Made by a program: the position numbers and the translations under genes. A DNA stretch of 64,000 bases from Lama guanicoe (taxonomy: Eukaryota): the NCBI GenBank assembly GCA_013239625.1, contig MU053482.1, forward strand, positions 124,001 to 188,000. Direction: 5' to 3'. Below the pieces are notes generated by a model. The model was not told where the DNA came from. It ran no database searches and saw only the letters and a program-made list of their open reading frames with translations. This document shows, piece by piece, positions 63,736-64,000 of the stretch. Position 1 is the stretch's first letter; the number at the start of each line of letters is the position of its first letter.

Positions 63736-64000
63736 CGGGCAGAAGTAAGAGTGATCTGCAATATAGCGGCCCACAGTGGGGCTCCCAGCTGACAGAGCCA
63801 TGAGCAGGAGTAGGGAGTCACGGGCCTGCTGGCCTAGGGTGCCCTCTCGATGGACGAAGGGGACAAGGCGAGAAAAGAGGAGAAGACGGGGAGCAGCTCC
63901 GGGCTCAGGAGGTGGCTGCAGGAAGAACTCGAGCAATGAGGGCTCCCGGGCCAGACACACGCACAGCTGGCTGAGAAGTAGCACCAGGCCTTCATCCAGT
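63736..64000 (-). CDS. FHIP1B: FHIP1B exon, truncated by the window edge (...LDEGLVLLLSQLC...HSYFCP)
   Basis: Open frame to the edge; donor CCG|gtcagc. Confidence 0.92.

Overview
Mammalian genomic DNA, most likely camelid (two tRNA-Ala-derived SINEs of the camelid Vic-1 type), syntenic to the end of the human 11p15.4 class I olfactory receptor cluster. Gene order: OR56B4-like (+, intact), an OR52B-family pseudogene (-, frameshifting deletion plus nonsense codon), OR52B2 (-, intact), OR52W1 (+, intact but atypical), C11orf42 (+, 3 coding exons, 333 aa) and the last 10 coding exons of FHIP1B/FAM160A2 (-, entering from the right edge and ending tail-to-tail with C11orf42). The first ~35 kb is AT-rich and dense in L1 and LTR elements; the rest is GC-richer with MIR, L2 and MER elements. 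The main unexplained element is a ~1 kb CpG island with housekeeping-type promoter motifs and splice donors at ~24.3-25.3 kb inside the OR cluster, with no recognisable gene attached. I found no evidence for a new multi-gene system. Gene names and repeat family names come from recall of human orthologues and repeat consensus sequences, not from database searches; repeat boundaries are approximate unless a TSD or TIR is given.
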